Source: an uncultured bacterium (GTDB lineage: Bacteria > Hydrothermota > Tepidihabitantia > Tepidihabitantales > Tepidihabitantaceae). From it: a stretch of DNA of 64,000 nt. The translations under genes were made by a program, and so were the position numbers. Each line of letters begins with the position of its first letter. Position 1 is the first letter of the stretch. The stretch is from contig CAZVDD010000015.1 in the NCBI GenBank assembly GCA_964626075.1, positions 8,773 through 72,772 of the forward strand, in the 5' to 3' direction. This document shows, piece by piece, positions 19,300 to 28,023 of this stretch. The notes below the pieces were generated by a model that did not search any database, had not been told where the DNA came from, and saw only the letters and a program-made list of their open reading frames with translations.

Positions 19300-20201
19300 T
19301 ATGCCTCCCTGAGTGCATCCCGGACCTTTTCCGCAATCTGGATTCCGGCACGGCGCTGCCCCTCTTTGGTCTGAGCGCCGATGTGAGGCGTACCAATCAC
19401 CTGGGGCAGGGAAAACAGTTTGAAGTCATCAAGCGGCTCCTTTTCGAACACATCCAGCGCCGCCATCGCCACAATGCCGGACTGAATCGCCTCGTACAGC
19501 GCCGCCTCATCAACCACGCCACCCCGGGCACAGTTGATGATGATGACCCCTTTCTTCATCTTCGCAAACGCCTCTCTGTTAAGGAGGTGATAGGTCTTAT
19601 CGGTCTTCGGAATGTGGAGTGAAATGAAGTCAGACTCTTTTAACAGATAGTCAAGTTCGCAAGAATCGCCAAACTGGACCTTGACATCGGGTAAGTCGTT
19701 TACCAGGACCTTCATCCCTAGTGCCAGTGCCCTTTTTGCCAGTTCGGAGCCGATGCGGCCAGCGCCGATGATGCCCAGGGTTTTACCGTAAAGTTCTATG
19801 CCGTGGAACGTTTTTTTCTCCCATTTTCCGGCGCGTAACGAGGCGGTTGCCTGCGGAATGGAACGGGCACAGGCGAACATCAATCCCAGCGCCAGTTCGG
19901 CAACCGAAATTGAGGTCGCCTCCGGTGTATTCACCACTTTGATACCGCGGGCGTCAGCCGCCTTCTTATCCACATTGTCCAAGCCAACACCGGCGCGGCC
20001 AATGACTTTGAGGTTTTTGCCCGCTTCAATCACCGCGGCGGTGACCTTGGTGGCACTGCGAACGATGATGGCATCGTATTCGGGAATGACCTTTAACAAC
20101 TCATCAGGTGCAATGCCCGGCTTTTCATCAACGGTGCAGCCGGCACTGCGTAATATTTCTACCCCTTCTGGGGCAATTGGGTCGGTAATGATTACTTTCA
20201 T
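19299..20201 (-). CDS. serA: D-3-phosphoglycerate dehydrogenase / D-2-hydroxyacid dehydrogenase (short form, no ACT domain)
   Basis: RAGVGLDNVD, GAGRIG, INCARGG, TPHIGAQT; adjacent to DUF1015. Confidence 0.75.
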   Translation of the reverse strand: MKVIITDPIAPEGVEILRSAGCTVDEKPGIAPDELLKVIPEYDAIIVRSATKVTAAVIEAGKNLKVIGRAGVGLDNVDKKAADARGIKVVNTPEATSISVAELALGLMFACARSIPQATASLRAGKWEKKTFHGIELYGKTLGIIGAGRIGSELAKRALALGMKVLVNDLPDVKVQFGDSCELDYLLKESDFISLHIPKTDKTYHLLNREAFAKMKKGVIIINCARGGVVDEAALYEAIQSGIVAMAALDVFEKEPLDDFKLFSLPQVIGTPHIGAQTKEGQRRAGIQIAEKVRDALREA

Positions 20202-20271
20202 AGTTTAACTCCCTCGATTTGGTATTAACCGTCTGATTAATAATAACGAACTCCGGTTTTCAGTCAACCCC

Positions 20272-20300
20272 TTGCCGAAAAGGGCGATTTACGGTATAAT
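20272..20300 (+). promoter_or_regulatory. sigma70-like promoter ahead of small ORF 20317..20538
   Basis: TTGCCG-17 nt-TATAAT. Confidence 0.5.
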
Positions 20301-20419
20301 TATATGGGGGTGAGAAATGAGGGGTGGAAAGAAACATCACTATTCAGACCGGCAACGGCTGCAGCAAAAGAAGCGGCAACAGAAGAGTGTCGGGCTGCTC
20401 GACTTTACCGTTCTGACCG

Positions 20420-21208
20420 TTAAGGACAATGTCGCCCCATCTTTTTTGGTTTTACCGGTTGGGTCTGTTTTTCACGAGCGGGCGCCAGAACAGGGAAGAG
20501 GTCAAGACCGGTCAACTTCTCTACCGAGTCCACACTGACGAGAAATTGGGGCAGGTGCTTGCCGGTGCGCCGGATTGAGTCGTTGGGGACGACAAAGGCG
20601 AGAAGTTCGGCTGGTCTTCTGAACACCACACAGTAACAGGCGTGGGGAATGGGCACCTGATGGGTGCCGAGCCAGATGGTGTCGCGGTTCCGATAAAATA
20701 CCGGACCGACCGTTACCCAGACGGTGTCTTTTACACCAGCCCAATCCCGGATTTTTTTCTCCAGTGATGCCCAGATGAACCGGTTGGTGCTGGCAAATTG
20801 GGGGATGATGTTGGTGAGGAAGTAGGTTTCCTTTTGCGCCTCGGTGCCGAACACCTTAATCGCCGCATCGGGAGCGAGATGTCCCTTGTCCAGTTGATGG
20901 CGGATAAATCCAGGCACAGATTCGTAAACCGCCGGGAATGCGGCTTCGGCTTTTTTTAACCGGAAGGTGTCGGGCATAAACTTGCCCTGATAGCGGGGTC
21001 GGTTAAGTCCGGCGCAATGATGGTAAAGGTAAGATACCCAGAGGGAGATTTTCGCCCGGGGCAAATAGCCGCAGTCAAAAGCCCGATAGTGCAGGACTTT
21101 TAGTTTTGGTTCCTGAGAAGCGGGCATTCCATAAGGGTGGAGCGGTGAATCTTTGGACGCGCCAAGAAGGCAGAAGGAGAGAAGAGAAAGGGTAATAAAC
21201 CGTCTCAC
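20420..21208 (-). CDS. secreted DNA/RNA non-specific endonuclease
   Basis: Signal peptide, LDKGHLAP (DRGH-like), TYFLTNIIPQ, NRFIWASLE, SVEKLTGLDLF. Confidence 0.85.
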   Translation of the reverse strand: MRRFITLSLLSFCLLGASKDSPLHPYGMPASQEPKLKVLHYRAFDCGYLPRAKISLWVSYLYHHCAGLNRPRYQGKFMPDTFRLKKAEAAFPAVYESVPGFIRHQLDKGHLAPDAAIKVFGTEAQKETYFLTNIIPQFASTNRFIWASLEKKIRDWAGVKDTVWVTVGPVFYRNRDTIWLGTHQVPIPHACYCVVFRRPAELLAFVVPNDSIRRTGKHLPQFLVSVDSVEKLTGLDLFPVLAPAREKQTQPVKPKKMGRHCP

Positions 21209-21371
21209 AATTAATTTTAGCCCGTAGCAGCCTAAATTCAACCGGGAACCGAAGCGGTTTCCGCAGTTGGTAAATTGCCCGCCGGGCGTTATACTTTAAA
21301 GTATAATTACACCCAAGGGGCGTTTTGGTATAACGCCTTGAAATTTAAGGTTTTAGCAGGTTAAGGCCGAA

Positions 21372-21419
21372 TTTCCCTACCCAACCCTGGGGTAGTTCCG
21401 GGAATGGTATGGGAAATTG
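21372..21419. repeat. intergenic repeat, copy 1 (imperfect palindrome)
   Basis: 38/48 identical, ungapped, to 41777..41824 by manual alignment. Confidence 0.65.
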
Positions 21420-21612
21420 CTATTTTGACCGTTTTTGTTGTTATGCCGGGTGGGGTACGGTGTTTTGGCGCGGGTTTGATGATAAAGGTGGCAGCATTAA
21501 TGCTGATTTTGTTTATCTTAAGGTTTCAGGCAGGAGTGGTTGCGACTCTCAATTGACTGTACTCTGTTTCAGGCTAAAATGAGATGGTAGTTTAACAAGA
21601 AAGGAGTGTTAT

Positions 21613-22812
21613 TTGAATACCCAGGAGCATATTAACCTTGTTGAGCAGTTTGCCGCCCATAACTACCATCCTTTGCCCGTGGTGTTAGCGCGGGGCGAAG
21701 GTGTGTGGGTGGAGGATGTTGAAGGCAACCGTTATCTTGATATGCTGGCGGCTTATTCGGCGCTTAATCAGGGTCATCGCCATCCGAAAATTTTGAAGGC
21801 GTTGACTGAGCAAGTTAACCGGATTTGTTTGACTTCAAGGGCGTTTCATAACGACCAGTTAGGACCGTTCTGTAAGTTGCTCTGTGAAATCACCGGTCAG
21901 GACCAGGTGCTTTTGATGAACTCGGGTGCCGAAGGGGTGGAGACGGCGATTAAGTGTGCCCGGCGCTGGGGTTATAAGAAGAAGGGCGTGGCGCCGGACA
22001 AGGCGGAGATAGTTGTCTGTGCCAACAACTTCCATGGCCGAACAATCACCATCATCAGTTTCTCGACGGAACCGCTTTATCAGGACGGGTTTGGACCGTT
22101 CACCCCTGGTTTCAGGGTGATTCCCTACAACGACAGCGACGCTTTAAAAGAGGCGATTAATGAGAATACGGTCGGTTTTCTTGTTGAGCCGATTCAGGGC
22201 GAAGGTGGTATTGTCGTGCCGGATAAGGGGTATCTGAAGGCGGTGCAGGAGGTGTGTCGGCAGAATCGGGTGCTGTTGATTCTGGATGAGATTCAGACCG
22301 GAATGGGCCGGACCGGTAAACTTTTTTGTTACCAGTATGATGATGTTAAGCCAGACCTTTTGATTTTAGGCAAGGCGCTGGGTGGTGGTGTTATGCCGGT
22401 TTCGGCGCTTTGCGGTCCCAGGGCGGTGATGGACGCATTTGTTCCCGGAAATCACGGTTCAACCTTTGGTGGGAATCCGCTTGCCTGCGCGGTTGGTAAA
22501 GCGGCGGTTGAGGTGATTATTGAGGAGAAACTGCCCGAACGGTCGGCAGAACTGGGAGGATACTTTCTTGCCGAACTGAAGAAACTGAATTCACCCCGGG
22601 TGGCAGATGTCCGGGGACGGGGTTTGTTTATCGGCGTGGAGTTGAAGCCGGATGCCGGTCCCGCACGGCTCTATTGCGAAAAACTGCTCAAACTGGGCAT
22701 CCTTGCCAAGGACACACACGAGAAGGTGATTCGGTTTGCCCCGCCGCTGGTGATTAAGAAGGAGGAGATTGACTGGGCGCTGGAAAGAATCAAGGCGGTG
22801 TTTAAAGGGTAG
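21613..22812 (+). CDS. rocD: ornithine--oxo-acid aminotransferase
   Basis: AHNYHPLPVV, AYSALNQGH, EPIQGEGG, DEIQTG, GKALGGG, HGSTFGGNPLAC. Confidence 0.93.
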   Translation: MNTQEHINLVEQFAAHNYHPLPVVLARGEGVWVEDVEGNRYLDMLAAYSALNQGHRHPKILKALTEQVNRICLTSRAFHNDQLGPFCKLLCEITGQDQVLLMNSGAEGVETAIKCARRWGYKKKGVAPDKAEIVVCANNFHGRTITIISFSTEPLYQDGFGPFTPGFRVIPYNDSDALKEAINENTVGFLVEPIQGEGGIVVPDKGYLKAVQEVCRQNRVLLILDEIQTGMGRTGKLFCYQYDDVKPDLLILGKALGGGVMPVSALCGPRAVMDAFVPGNHGSTFGGNPLACAVGKAAVEVIIEEKLPERSAELGGYFLAELKKLNSPRVADVRGRGLFIGVELKPDAGPARLYCEKLLKLGILAKDTHEKVIRFAPPLVIKKEEIDWALERIKAVFKG

Positions 22813-22821
22813 CAAAAGTGG

Positions 22822-24048
22822 GTGATGATTCGGCTCCTTGACATCAGTTATACCGAGGACCTTTATCAGGAACTGGCGCGGGTCGGTGTTGACCGGGCAG
22901 CCTGGGAGATTTTTCGCGCCAAGAGCGCGGTCCGGGCGCTGAAAATCAGCGGGCTGTCGGCTGCCGGTGCCAACATCTTGAAACAAACCGCGCTCGTTGC
23001 CGGTGGTGACTGTGCGGTACACCGGAATACAATCAGCGGCAAAGTGCGCCAGACCGATGCGATTCTTTTCGCCACCGAACGGCAGATTGAGGAGATTTGC
23101 CAGCGGCTCAGTCACCAGCCGGAGTGTGCCCGCAGGTTGGTGCCGTTTTTGCAAAATTTGCAGGCAAACAGTTCTTGTCCGAACCTGATTTTAAAGGTTG
23201 GGTCGTACGAGGTCGATTTAGCCCGCCGGGTTCAGGTAATGGGGATTTTGAATGTCACCCCGGATTCGTTTTATGACGGTGGCCGCTTCTTTGCGCCGGA
23301 ACAGGCGGTTGAACAGGGGATAAGGTTGAGCGAAGAGGGTGCGGACATCATCGACATCGGTGCCGAGTCAACGCGGCCCGGTTCGAACCCGGTACCGGCT
23401 AAGGAGCAGTTGCGCCGGCTGCTGCCGGTGTTAAAGCAACTTACCCGTCAAATCAAGGTGCCGATTTCGGTTGACACCACCAGTGCCCGGGTAGCAAAAG
23501 CGGCGCTTGACGCTGGTGCCGGGATGGTCAACGACATCTCCGGGCTGAACTTTGACCCGCAGATGGCAAAGGTGGTGGCGCGGGCCGGGGTGCCGGTGAT
23601 TGTGATGCACATCAAGGGTAAACCCCGAACGATGCAGAGAAATCCAATGTATCAGGATTTGATGGCGGAGATTGTCAATGGTCTTGCCCGGTCAATAAAA
23701 CAGGGTGGAGATGCTGGTATCGCGCCGGATAAGTTCCTCGTTGACCCGGGAATTGGTTTTGGTAAGACCGGGGCGCACAATCTGGAAATACTGCGCCGGC
23801 TCCGGGAGTTACAGACGTTGGGGAAACCGATTGTGGTCGGACCGTCGCGCAAGTCTTTTATCGGTGCGGTTTTGAACCTGCCGGTTGAAGAGCGGCTGGA
23901 AGGCACAATTGCCGCGGCTGTTGTTGCGGCGTTGAACGGCGCCCGTATCGTCCGGGTGCATGATGTCAGGGCGCTGCGCCGGGCGTTGGCACTGGTCGAT
24001 GCGATTTATCCGCCATTGGCGAGCAGGGGCACACACCGGGCACATTGA
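22822..24048 (+). CDS. folP: dihydropteroate synthase with N-terminal extension
   Basis: MGILNVTPDSFYDGG, GAESTRPG, DPGIGFGK, SRKSFIG, RVHDV. Confidence 0.94.
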   Translation: MMIRLLDISYTEDLYQELARVGVDRAAWEIFRAKSAVRALKISGLSAAGANILKQTALVAGGDCAVHRNTISGKVRQTDAILFATERQIEEICQRLSHQPECARRLVPFLQNLQANSSCPNLILKVGSYEVDLARRVQVMGILNVTPDSFYDGGRFFAPEQAVEQGIRLSEEGADIIDIGAESTRPGSNPVPAKEQLRRLLPVLKQLTRQIKVPISVDTTSARVAKAALDAGAGMVNDISGLNFDPQMAKVVARAGVPVIVMHIKGKPRTMQRNPMYQDLMAEIVNGLARSIKQGGDAGIAPDKFLVDPGIGFGKTGAHNLEILRRLRELQTLGKPIVVGPSRKSFIGAVLNLPVEERLEGTIAAAVVAALNGARIVRVHDVRALRRALALVDAIYPPLASRGTHRAH

Positions 24049-24050
24049 TT

Positions 24051-24797
24051 ATGTGGTTTTTGCGGTTCCGGGTGATTGATGCCATTGACATCATTATCGT
24101 TGCCCTGCTTGCCTACTACTTTTTGCGGTTTCTGCGGGGCACGCGGGCAATCCGGATGCTCTATGCGCTGCTTTTTCTATTGGTGATTGGCGCCGTTGCC
24201 CGCTGGCTTGACTTCAAGGCGCTGGGCTTGATTGTCAGTTCTCTGACCACGGTCTGGCTTGTTGCCTTTGTTATCATCTTCCAGCCGGAAATCAGGAACC
24301 TACTATCGCGCTTCGGTCGAACCCGGCCGGTGCGTTTTTTGTTTCGGCCCACCGCGGACGCAACGCTGGTTGAGGAACTGGTTGCCGCCGCCGCACAGAT
24401 GAAGGAGAGAAGAGTGGGTGCCCTAATCGTGTTAGAGCGGGAAATCGGCTTGCGCGAGTATGCCGAGACCGGCACCCGGCTCGAGGCAAAAGTTTCGGCA
24501 CCCTTGCTCGTTTCCATCTTCACCCCGCCATCGCCTTTGCACGATGGCGCGGTGCTTATCAGCGCCGGTCAGGTGATTGCCGCGAGTTGCACATTGCCTT
24601 TGGGTGAGACCGAACCCGGACTCGGGATGCGGCATCGCGCTGCCGCCGGTATTACCACAGTCACCGACGCGGTGGCGATTGTTGTTTCCGAAACGACCAG
24701 CAATATCAGTTTTGCCCAGCGGGGCAGGTTGCTAATCAATTTGACACCATCGCAGTTAAAGTATAATCTGATGCAGGCACTATTAAAGGAGAGTTAA
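24051..24797 (+). CDS. dacA: membrane diadenylate cyclase CdaA/DacA
   Basis: Three TM segments, FQPEIR, PLHDGA, GMRHRAA. Confidence 0.93.
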   Translation: MWFLRFRVIDAIDIIIVALLAYYFLRFLRGTRAIRMLYALLFLLVIGAVARWLDFKALGLIVSSLTTVWLVAFVIIFQPEIRNLLSRFGRTRPVRFLFRPTADATLVEELVAAAAQMKERRVGALIVLEREIGLREYAETGTRLEAKVSAPLLVSIFTPPSPLHDGAVLISAGQVIAASCTLPLGETEPGLGMRHRAAAGITTVTDAVAIVVSETTSNISFAQRGRLLINLTPSQLKYNLMQALLKES

Positions 24798-24800
24798 AAG

Positions 24801-27683
24801 ATGAATGAATCACGATGGCGACTGATTTTCTTTATTGCAGTTTTTCTGACCGTTCTGGCGGTCTATCTTTACAGCGTGGCACCAACCGCATCGTTCTGGG
24901 ACTGTGCGGAACTGATTGCGGTTTCTTACATCGCCGGAATTCCCCATCCTCCAGGCACACCACTTTTTGTGATGCTGGGAAGGATTTTCACCCTTTTGCC
25001 AATTGGCCGGGAAATCGCCTTTCGGGTTAATTTGATACCGACGCTGTTTGGCGCCTTCTCCTGCGGGTTGCTCTATTTGATTGTTGTCCGGTTGCTTTCC
25101 CAGCACAGCGCTGATGAGAAGAACCGGCGCTGGTACTTGCCGCACATCGCCGGAATATTTGCCGCTTTGATGTGCGGTTTTGCCTACTCTTACTGGGACA
25201 ACTGCGTGGAAGCCGAGGTTTATGGTCCCTGCGTGGTGATTGCCCTTTCGGTGCTTTATATGGCACTGGTCTGGCGCGAGGGCAGAGAGAACAAGACCGG
25301 TGACAACCGCCAGATTCTCGCCGCCATCTTTCTCCTTTTTGTTGCCACCGGGATTCATTTCACCCCGATGCTGGTGGTGTTTGCGGTTCTGGTGTTTGCA
25401 CTGCTTGTTGACCGACAGGCGGTGATTCATTTGCGGTTTATTGAGTTTGCGGTCGGCTATCTTTTGATTCTGACGATAAACGAACTGGGTCTGTCCGCCG
25501 GCACCTTCATCGTGGTTCCCTTGATGCTCGTCGGCACCTACTATGCGATTCGGATTATGGAGCGTTCGGAGCGCAATGTGTCGCTCATCTACGGTCTGGG
25601 ACTTCTGGCGCTGGTTTTCCTTTTTGCCTGGATTGGGGCGGGTCAAAAGATTATGGACGATGTTGTGCTCTTTCTGGCATCGCCCACCGTTGCCCTGATT
25701 GAGCGCTGGGTTAAGTCACCAACGCTTTTGGTTCTTTTTGTGCTCGGTTTTGCCGGTTACCTTTACTGGCTGCGCCGGCAAAAGAAACTGCAGCCCCGTT
25801 TTGTCGGACTCATGCTCGGACTGGTGCTCCTTGCCGGCACGGTGCAGTTTATTATGCTGATTCGCGCCCGGCATTACCCGAGCATCAACGAGGTTGAGCC
25901 GACGCGCTGGCGCGACTTTGTTTCGGTGCTGAAACGGGAACAGTACGACCCGATGCGGCTTTTGCCGCGCAAGACCCAGTTTTACACTGAGGACGATTGG
26001 CGCCGGAATCAGAACCCGGCGTTCGGGCTTATCCGTGCCTACATTGAGCAGGTTGCGTTTTACATCCGCTACTTCCTCTGGCAGTGGGGCAACGAAAGGT
26101 ACCTTGATGTTTTGATTACGAACATCCCGCGCATCTTTCTCCGGCTTGGCTGGCAGGGGATTTTAGGGTTAATTCCGCCGCTCCTCGGGCTCTGGGGAAT
26201 GTGGCACCAGTTCAAACGGGATAAAAAGTCGTTTGCCTTAATCTTCGTTGCCTTTATCGTTGCCTCGATTGGGCTTTTGACCTATTTGAATTTGAAGTTT
26301 TCGCCTTCGGACCCGCGACCGGAATTGAGATTCCGGGAGGTACGCGAACGGGACTACTTCTTTGCTTTTTCGTTTGTGTTTTACACGATTTTTATCGGCA
26401 CCGGGGTTTACGCCTTTATGAAGTGGGTTGACGAGGAACTGAAATCCCGGAAAGCACCGGTGCCGATGCCGGTTTTAGCCGGCCTAATTTTGGGCTTCGG
26501 ATTTGTGCCGATGTTCCTCAATTACAAAGGGGTGACCCGGCGCCACAACTGGATACCGGCGGAGTACGGCTACAATATGCTTGTCTGCTGTGAGGGGGAG
26601 AAGGCGGTGGTGTTTACCAATGGCGACAACGACACCTTCCCCCTGTGGTTTATGCAAACGGTGCCATCACTGGTGGCAGACAACGACCCCAACTTCGGGA
26701 AGAATGTGGCGGTTGCCAACCTTTCTTTGTTGAATACGCCCTGGTACTGCAAACAACTCAAGCGGTGGGGGGCACCGATATCTTTTACCGAGGAAGAGAT
26801 TGAGCGGCTGCCTTTGGGGTATGTTGCCCGAAACAACCGCACAATCCTTTTGAAGGATATCATGATTCGCAATATCATCGCCACCGCCGGGGGCGTAAAA
26901 CTCAAATGGCCCGAAGACTACGAATCTCCTCCTGAGCAGTTTATGGCAAAGGTGTTCGGTTCCGGTTACAATCCCAAGAGCCCGGTCTACTTTGCGACAA
27001 CGGTATCACCGGACAATACGGCTGACTGTGAACCTTATCTCCGGCTGGAAGGTTTGGTGCGCCGGGTGGTGGGTGAGCGCAGTTTGTCGTCCGATGAGGA
27101 GATGGTTGATACGCTGCGGACCCGGGTCCTCTTAACCGAAAAGTTTAAGTTGAAGTCGATGCTCGACCCGAAGGTGGAAAAGGATGAAAACACCCGCGGC
27201 TTGCTTACGACCTATGCCCATAGCCACCTCTTGCTCGCCAATGCCTATGCCCGAGCTGGCGATTATCAGGCGGCGCACCAGACGCTCTTGCCCGCGCTCC
27301 GGTTTGAACTGGAACCGACCCAGAAGATGCTGCTGTTTTACCATCAGTCGCGTTTTGCCGCGCTCAATCGGCAGTACGATGTGGCGCTGGCGGCGATTGA
27401 CTCGGCACAGAGTTACGCCGGCAATGAGCCACGACTGCAGCTCGAACTGTTCTTGCAGCGTGGTTTCGTCAACCAGGCGATGGGCAACTATCCTGAGGCA
27501 GAAAGGATGTACCAGCAGGCGCTGGCGATGGCACCGAATGAGTGGCAACTGGTTCAACTTTTGTACCGCTTCTATGTTGAGGATATGCACAGCGTCGATA
27601 AGGCACGGGCGTTACTATCCGACTGGCTGCGCCGGCATCCCAGTGACTTCAATGCTGAGCAACTGTTGCGTCAGTTGCCGTAG
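24801..27683 (+). CDS. DUF2723 / TMEM260-like GT-C glycosyltransferase with C-terminal TPRs
   Basis: SFWDCAELI, HPPGTPLF, EAEVY, RERDYFF, GDNDTFPLW; many TM segments. Confidence 0.85.
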   Translation: MNESRWRLIFFIAVFLTVLAVYLYSVAPTASFWDCAELIAVSYIAGIPHPPGTPLFVMLGRIFTLLPIGREIAFRVNLIPTLFGAFSCGLLYLIVVRLLSQHSADEKNRRWYLPHIAGIFAALMCGFAYSYWDNCVEAEVYGPCVVIALSVLYMALVWREGRENKTGDNRQILAAIFLLFVATGIHFTPMLVVFAVLVFALLVDRQAVIHLRFIEFAVGYLLILTINELGLSAGTFIVVPLMLVGTYYAIRIMERSERNVSLIYGLGLLALVFLFAWIGAGQKIMDDVVLFLASPTVALIERWVKSPTLLVLFVLGFAGYLYWLRRQKKLQPRFVGLMLGLVLLAGTVQFIMLIRARHYPSINEVEPTRWRDFVSVLKREQYDPMRLLPRKTQFYTEDDWRRNQNPAFGLIRAYIEQVAFYIRYFLWQWGNERYLDVLITNIPRIFLRLGWQGILGLIPPLLGLWGMWHQFKRDKKSFALIFVAFIVASIGLLTYLNLKFSPSDPRPELRFREVRERDYFFAFSFVFYTIFIGTGVYAFMKWVDEELKSRKAPVPMPVLAGLILGFGFVPMFLNYKGVTRRHNWIPAEYGYNMLVCCEGEKAVVFTNGDNDTFPLWFMQTVPSLVADNDPNFGKNVAVANLSLLNTPWYCKQLKRWGAPISFTEEEIERLPLGYVARNNRTILLKDIMIRNIIATAGGVKLKWPEDYESPPEQFMAKVFGSGYNPKSPVYFATTVSPDNTADCEPYLRLEGLVRRVVGERSLSSDEEMVDTLRTRVLLTEKFKLKSMLDPKVEKDENTRGLLTTYAHSHLLLANAYARAGDYQAAHQTLLPALRFELEPTQKMLLFYHQSRFAALNRQYDVALAAIDSAQSYAGNEPRLQLELFLQRGFVNQAMGNYPEAERMYQQALAMAPNEWQLVQLLYRFYVEDMHSVDKARALLSDWLRRHPSDFNAEQLLRQLP

Positions 27684-27684
27684 A

Positions 27685-28023
27685 ATGCATGAGTTTGCCA
27701 TCACCCGAAGTTTGCTGAACGAGGCGCTTGCTGAAGGCAGGCGACAGGGTGCGAGTCGGATAACACGGATAAAACTGTTGATTGGTGAAAAATCTTCGGT
27801 TGTGCCGGAGTGTGTTCAGTTTTATTTTGACCACATGAAAGAAGATACGATAGCCGCCGGTGCGGTGCTGGAGTTTCACCGTATCCCCTTACAAATCCGG
27901 TGTCCGAAGTGTGGCAAAATCTTCTCGTCAATTGAGGAGATGTGCTCCTGTAACGCCGGGGGCGAAATCACCGGCGGCGAGGATCTGGTAATAGAGAGCA
28001 TCGAAATTGAAAAGGAGGAGTGA
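27685..28023 (+). CDS. hypA: hydrogenase maturation nickel metallochaperone
   Basis: MHE N-terminus, CPKC, GEDLVIESIEIE; true start lies inside the 279-aa track ORF. Confidence 0.88.
   Translation: MHEFAITRSLLNEALAEGRRQGASRITRIKLLIGEKSSVVPECVQFYFDHMKEDTIAAGAVLEFHRIPLQIRCPKCGKIFSSIEEMCSCNAGGEITGGEDLVIESIEIEKEE

Noticed and set aside
24810-25646. Long antisense and alternative-frame ORFs (e.g. 24810..25646, 46965..47711, 54492..55232, 55004..55753)
   Set aside because: Shadows of well-supported genes in GC-rich DNA, with no recognisable motifs.
27184-27684. N-terminal extension of HypA in the 279-aa track ORF
   Set aside because: It overlaps the DUF2723 gene in another frame; HypA needs MHE at its N-terminus, so the start is 27685.
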